64,000 nt of DNA from Blepharisma stoltei ATCC 30299. Taxonomy: Eukaryota; Protista; Ciliophora. The stretch covers positions 784,677 through 848,676 of the forward strand of contig CBFDEM010000002.1 of the NCBI GenBank assembly GCA_965603825.1, given 5' to 3'. Below the pieces are notes generated by a model that was given only the letters and a program-made list of their open reading frames with translations, made no database searches and was not told the origin of the DNA. Below are positions 60,289 to 64,000 of this stretch, piece after piece. Every line of letters starts with the position of its first letter. Position 1 is the first letter of the stretch. The position numbers were made by a program, and so were the translations under genes.

Positions 60289-62202
60289 ATGAAGGCTAAT
60301 AATATTCTCCCAGAAGCACCTAATGGTATTTACCCGAGACGTTTCAACAATGAGATACCTAATTATATACCACAAAAAAATATTAAAGAGCCTTTCCTTT
60401 CAACTCATACCGATAATCGTAAATCCACCTACAATGAGGCACCTAACAATTACCCCAATTCTGAGTCGCAAGCCCGCCCAAATCCAAATAATATTGAGCG
60501 TAAACCATCATATCCGTCAAAAAAATTAAATACTGAGCTTTTATCCAAAGAATATGAAAATCAGAAAAAAAATACATCAAAAATATCTGAAGAACCAACT
60601 CAAAAGCAGTCCCCAAAACTTAATTACCCAAGCATTTCACAAGAGCCAACTCAAAAGCAGCCCCCAAAAATTAATAACCCAAGCATTTCACAAGAGCAGC
60701 CCCCAAAAATTAATAACCCAAGCATTTCACAAGAGCAAGCTCAAAAGCAGCCCCCAAAATTTGAACTACCAAGCATTTCACAAGAACCAGCTCAAAAGCA
60801 GCCCCCAAAAATTGATAGGCCAAACATATCCGAAGACATTCCGTATGATTGTGTAGTAAATGTTGGATTAGTGAATGATATCACAGATAAAGAGGGAAAA
60901 GGCTGGCCTATTATATTCTCTAATTCATTTTATGAAACCTTAGAAGCTGAATATAAAAATCCTTCTCTAGAAGAAAATAAGGGGCCCCGTAATAGCAGCT
61001 CGAGCCTTAATGCAGAAGATAATTTCAATTCATACTGGTCTGGAGCAGTCGTTGCTATAGTCGGTCTTTACGATAAGGGTAAAACATTTGTCCTTAACAA
61101 ATTAACTGAAAGCACCCTTCCATCAAGCAAAAAAGTCCACACGGAAGGACTCTCATTCAAACACGTGACTATGGATGGCTCCACAAATATAATACTACTT
61201 GACACTGCAGGCTCTTTTTCTCCTGTAAAAATTGAAAACGAGAACTCGATCACCTTAAAAGAGCAAGCAGAAAGCTTTATTTTAGATACCGTTTTCGAGC
61301 TTTCTGATTATTTTATTTGCGTTGTCAATGATTTCACTTTTCTTGATCAAAGATTTCTTGATAAAATCACTATTTCTCTTCAAAATACCCCAAAAAACAG
61401 GTTTAAAGAAGTCATTGTAATCCATAATTTTAAAGATGTAACAGAGCAAGAAGAAATTGATGATCTATGAAAATGGCAAGTAACACAGCTTTATCCAGGG
61501 CACGGCAATGCTTCTCAGATTACAAGAGTTACAACAAATTCTGCAAACGGCGAGTTTATAGAAAAAGATGTAAAATGGTTTAAAACTGAATTTACCAGAC
61601 ATGTTTATTTAGCAAACTGCAACTCTCAGATTGGACAAGAAATAAATCCTTGGACCTTTGCTTTACTGAAAAATTGACTAAAAAGTATTTTTATCCCTGT
61701 TGATAAATCAAGCTCAGTCACTAAATCAGTAATAAATAATATCCAAGAAAAATTAAGGCACTATTATGACAGCAGTGCTTCTGTTCAGCTTGAGCATACT
61801 AATGATAGACTTAAAAAAATTATAAAATCTACATCCTCTTCCAAAGGTAGAACTACTTATCAACAGATAGAGTCCAGCCCTTTTATTATTGTAAGTCCGA
61901 ATAAATTTATGCCTTTAATAGAAATAATTGAAGACAGAGGCGAGTACAAGATTTTTATGGAAATTCCAGGGCTCTCTAAAGAAGATATAACCATCAAAAG
62001 GCATAACTTAACAACTTTCATTAACGGGATGAAGAAAAGACAAGAAGAAGGAGATAGTGCAAGAATTGTGCAGTCTCAAAGGAAGTTTGGAAATTTTGAA
62101 ATTCCTTTCAAAATTCCTGAAGAGTATAACAGAAGGTGGGATAGTTATGAAATCAAGGACGGTATTTTGACGATCACATATAAGAAGGATGTAGATGACT
62201 AA
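60289..62202 (+). CDS. Repeat region, P-loop GTPase and C-terminal HSP20/alpha-crystallin domain (~637 aa)
   Basis: GLYDKGKT (G1), HTEG (G2), LDTAG (G3), IHNFK; open through TGAs at 61468 and 61675 into MEIPGLSKEDITI..FGNFEIPF..IKDGILTITY. Confidence 0.85.
60585..60830 (+). repeat. Intragenic tandem repeat, ~48-bp unit (SISQEPxQKQPPKINNP), about 5 copies
   Basis: Repeated CCAAGCATTTCACAAGAG..CAAAAGCAGCCCCCAAAA; one copy is shortened. Confidence 0.9.
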
Positions 62203-62775
62203 AATAATAAAAATAATTATTTAAAAAGTGGAATTCAGGCCTATATATTTTTTAATTTACAAGTTTTTTTGGCTTTTTGTAGTTTTATTCAACTATTCAG
62301 CTGCAGCTTGATCAAAATAAAATAATTTTAATAATTTTTTATAGTGATCGAGATGCTGCTTAAAGGAAAAATTACTATTTTCTGATAAATAGACATAAGT
62401 TTATTTTAGCTTAAATCATTATAGAAGCAGCTATACTTTTACAGAGTATAATAAGGGTAAATTAGAAAGATTTCTATGATACCTTTTCTGAAAATAATTT
62501 ATTATTATTCTTGGCATGTTTCGCATGGGTGACAGAAGTAGTGAATGAATGTCTGAGTCTAAGAATAGTTGTGCCTTTACCTTAGCCCTACAACTTCTTT
62601 AAATATTTCTAAGTTGATTATATCACAATACAGCACAAGTATGCAGCCAGGCAGCATATGCCACAGCAGCCAACTTTCATAAAAGTGATGTTATAAAAAT
62701 TATTTATTTCCGCTTGTCATTTAACTTTTATTAGTATAACTAAGATTTTGAATAATTAGAGATAAATTCTTAGCT

Positions 62776-64000
62776 TGTTAGGGTGTTAGGGTGTTAGGGT
62801 GTTAGGGTGTTAGGGTGTTAGGGTGTTAGGGTGTTAGGGTGTTAGGGTGTTAGGGTGTTAGGGTGTTAGGGTGTTAGGGTGTTAGGGTGTTAGGGTGTTA
62901 GGGTGTTAGGGTGTTAGGGTGTTAGGGTGTTAGGGTGTTAGGGTGTTAGGGTGTTAGGGTGTTAGGGTGTTAGGGTGTTAGGGTGTTAGGGTGTTAGGGT
63001 GTTAGGGTGTTAGGGTGTTAGGGTGTTAGGGTGTTAGGGTGTTAGGGTGTTAGGGTGTTAGGGTGTTAGGGTGTTAGGGTGTTAGGGTGTTAGGGTGTTA
63101 GGGTGTTAGGGTGTTAGGGTGTTAGGGTGTTAGGGTGTTAGGGTGTTAGGGTGTTAGGGTGTTAGGGTGTTAGGGTGTTAGGGTGTTAGGGTGTTAGGGT
63201 GTTAGGGTTAGGGTGTTAGGGTGTTAGGGTGTTAGGGTGTTAGGGTGTTAGGGTGTTAGGGTGTTAGGGTGTTAGGGTGTTAGGGTGTTAGGGTGTTAGG
63301 GTGTTAGGGTGTTAGGGGTTAGGGTGTTAGGGTGTTAGGGTGTTAGGGTGTTAGGGTGTTAGGGTGTTAGGGTGTTAGGGTGTTAGGGTGTTAGGGTGTT
63401 AGGGTGTTAGGGTGTTAGGGTGTTAGGGTGTTAGGGTGTTAGGGTGTTAGGGTGTTAGGGTGTTAGGGTGTTAGGGTGTTAGGGTGTTAGGGTGTTAGGG
63501 TGTTAGGGTGTTAGGGTGTTAGGGTGTTAGGGTGTTAGGGTGTTAGGGTGTTAGGTGTTAGGGTGTTAGGGTGTTAGGGTGTTAGGGTGTTAGGGTGTTA
63601 GGGTGTTAGGGTGTTAGGGTGTTAGGGTGTTAGGGTGTTAGGGTGTTAGGGTGTTAGGGTGTTAGGGTGTTAGGGTGTTAGGGTGTTAGGGTGTTAGGGT
63701 GTTAGGGTGTTAGGGTGTTAGGGTGTTAGGGTGTTAGGGTGTTAGGGTGTTAGGGTGTTAGGGTGTTAGGGTGTTAGGGTGTTAGGGTGTTAGGGTGTTA
63801 GGGTGTTAGGGTGTTAGGGTGTTAGGGTGTTAGGGTGTTAGGGTGTTAGGGTGTTAGGGTGTTAGGGTGTTAGGGTGTTAGGGTGTTAGGGTGTTAGGGT
63901 GTTAGGGTGTTAGGGTGTTAGGGTGTTAGGGTGTTAGGGTGTTAGGGTGTTAGGGTGTTAGGGTGTTAGGGTGTTAGGGTGTTAGGGTGTTAGGGTGTTA
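62776..64000 (+). repeat. Telomere, (TGTTAGGG)n = (CCCTAACA)n
   Basis: About 1225 bp of an 8-mer, with the G-rich strand running 5'->3' toward the window end; the same unit as heterotrich telomeres. Confidence 0.98.

Noticed and set aside
60585-60830. CRISPR-like array
   Set aside because: These are in-frame coding tandem repeats with no unique spacers and no cas genes.

Overview
AT-rich, gene-dense eukaryotic DNA that reads as the terminal 64 kb of a heterotrich ciliate macronuclear chromosome, most likely Blepharisma or a close relative (inferred from sequence features, no database search). Three signatures support this. (1) UGA is read as Trp: in-frame TGAs sit at conserved Trp positions and genes end at TAA/TAG, so many ORF-track fragments join into single genes. 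(2) There is a 15-nt GT..AG intron at 50389-50403. (3) A (TGTTAGGG)n = (CCCTAACA)n telomere fills 62776-64000. Recoded with UGA=Trp, the window holds about 35 nearly intron-free genes. Conserved ones include EFHB, PSMA7, V-ATPase H, a Rab2-like GTPase, an SK-type K+ channel, PFK, RUVBL1, an ABCC transporter, an FMO, DMC1 and a ~1730-aa Sfi1-like protein. There are three tandem families: 3 atypical kinases, 7 alpha/beta-hydrolase copies and 3 unknown genes. Best leads: a Swt1-like HEPN RNase / low-complexity / RING-like protein visible only after recoding (46123-48246); a hydrolase array in which 4 of 5 intact copies lost the catalytic Ser but kept Asp and His; a subtelomeric GTPase-HSP20 fusion; an ABCG gene broken by foreign sequence at ~405; and a perfect 23-bp-arm hairpin at 30663-30717.
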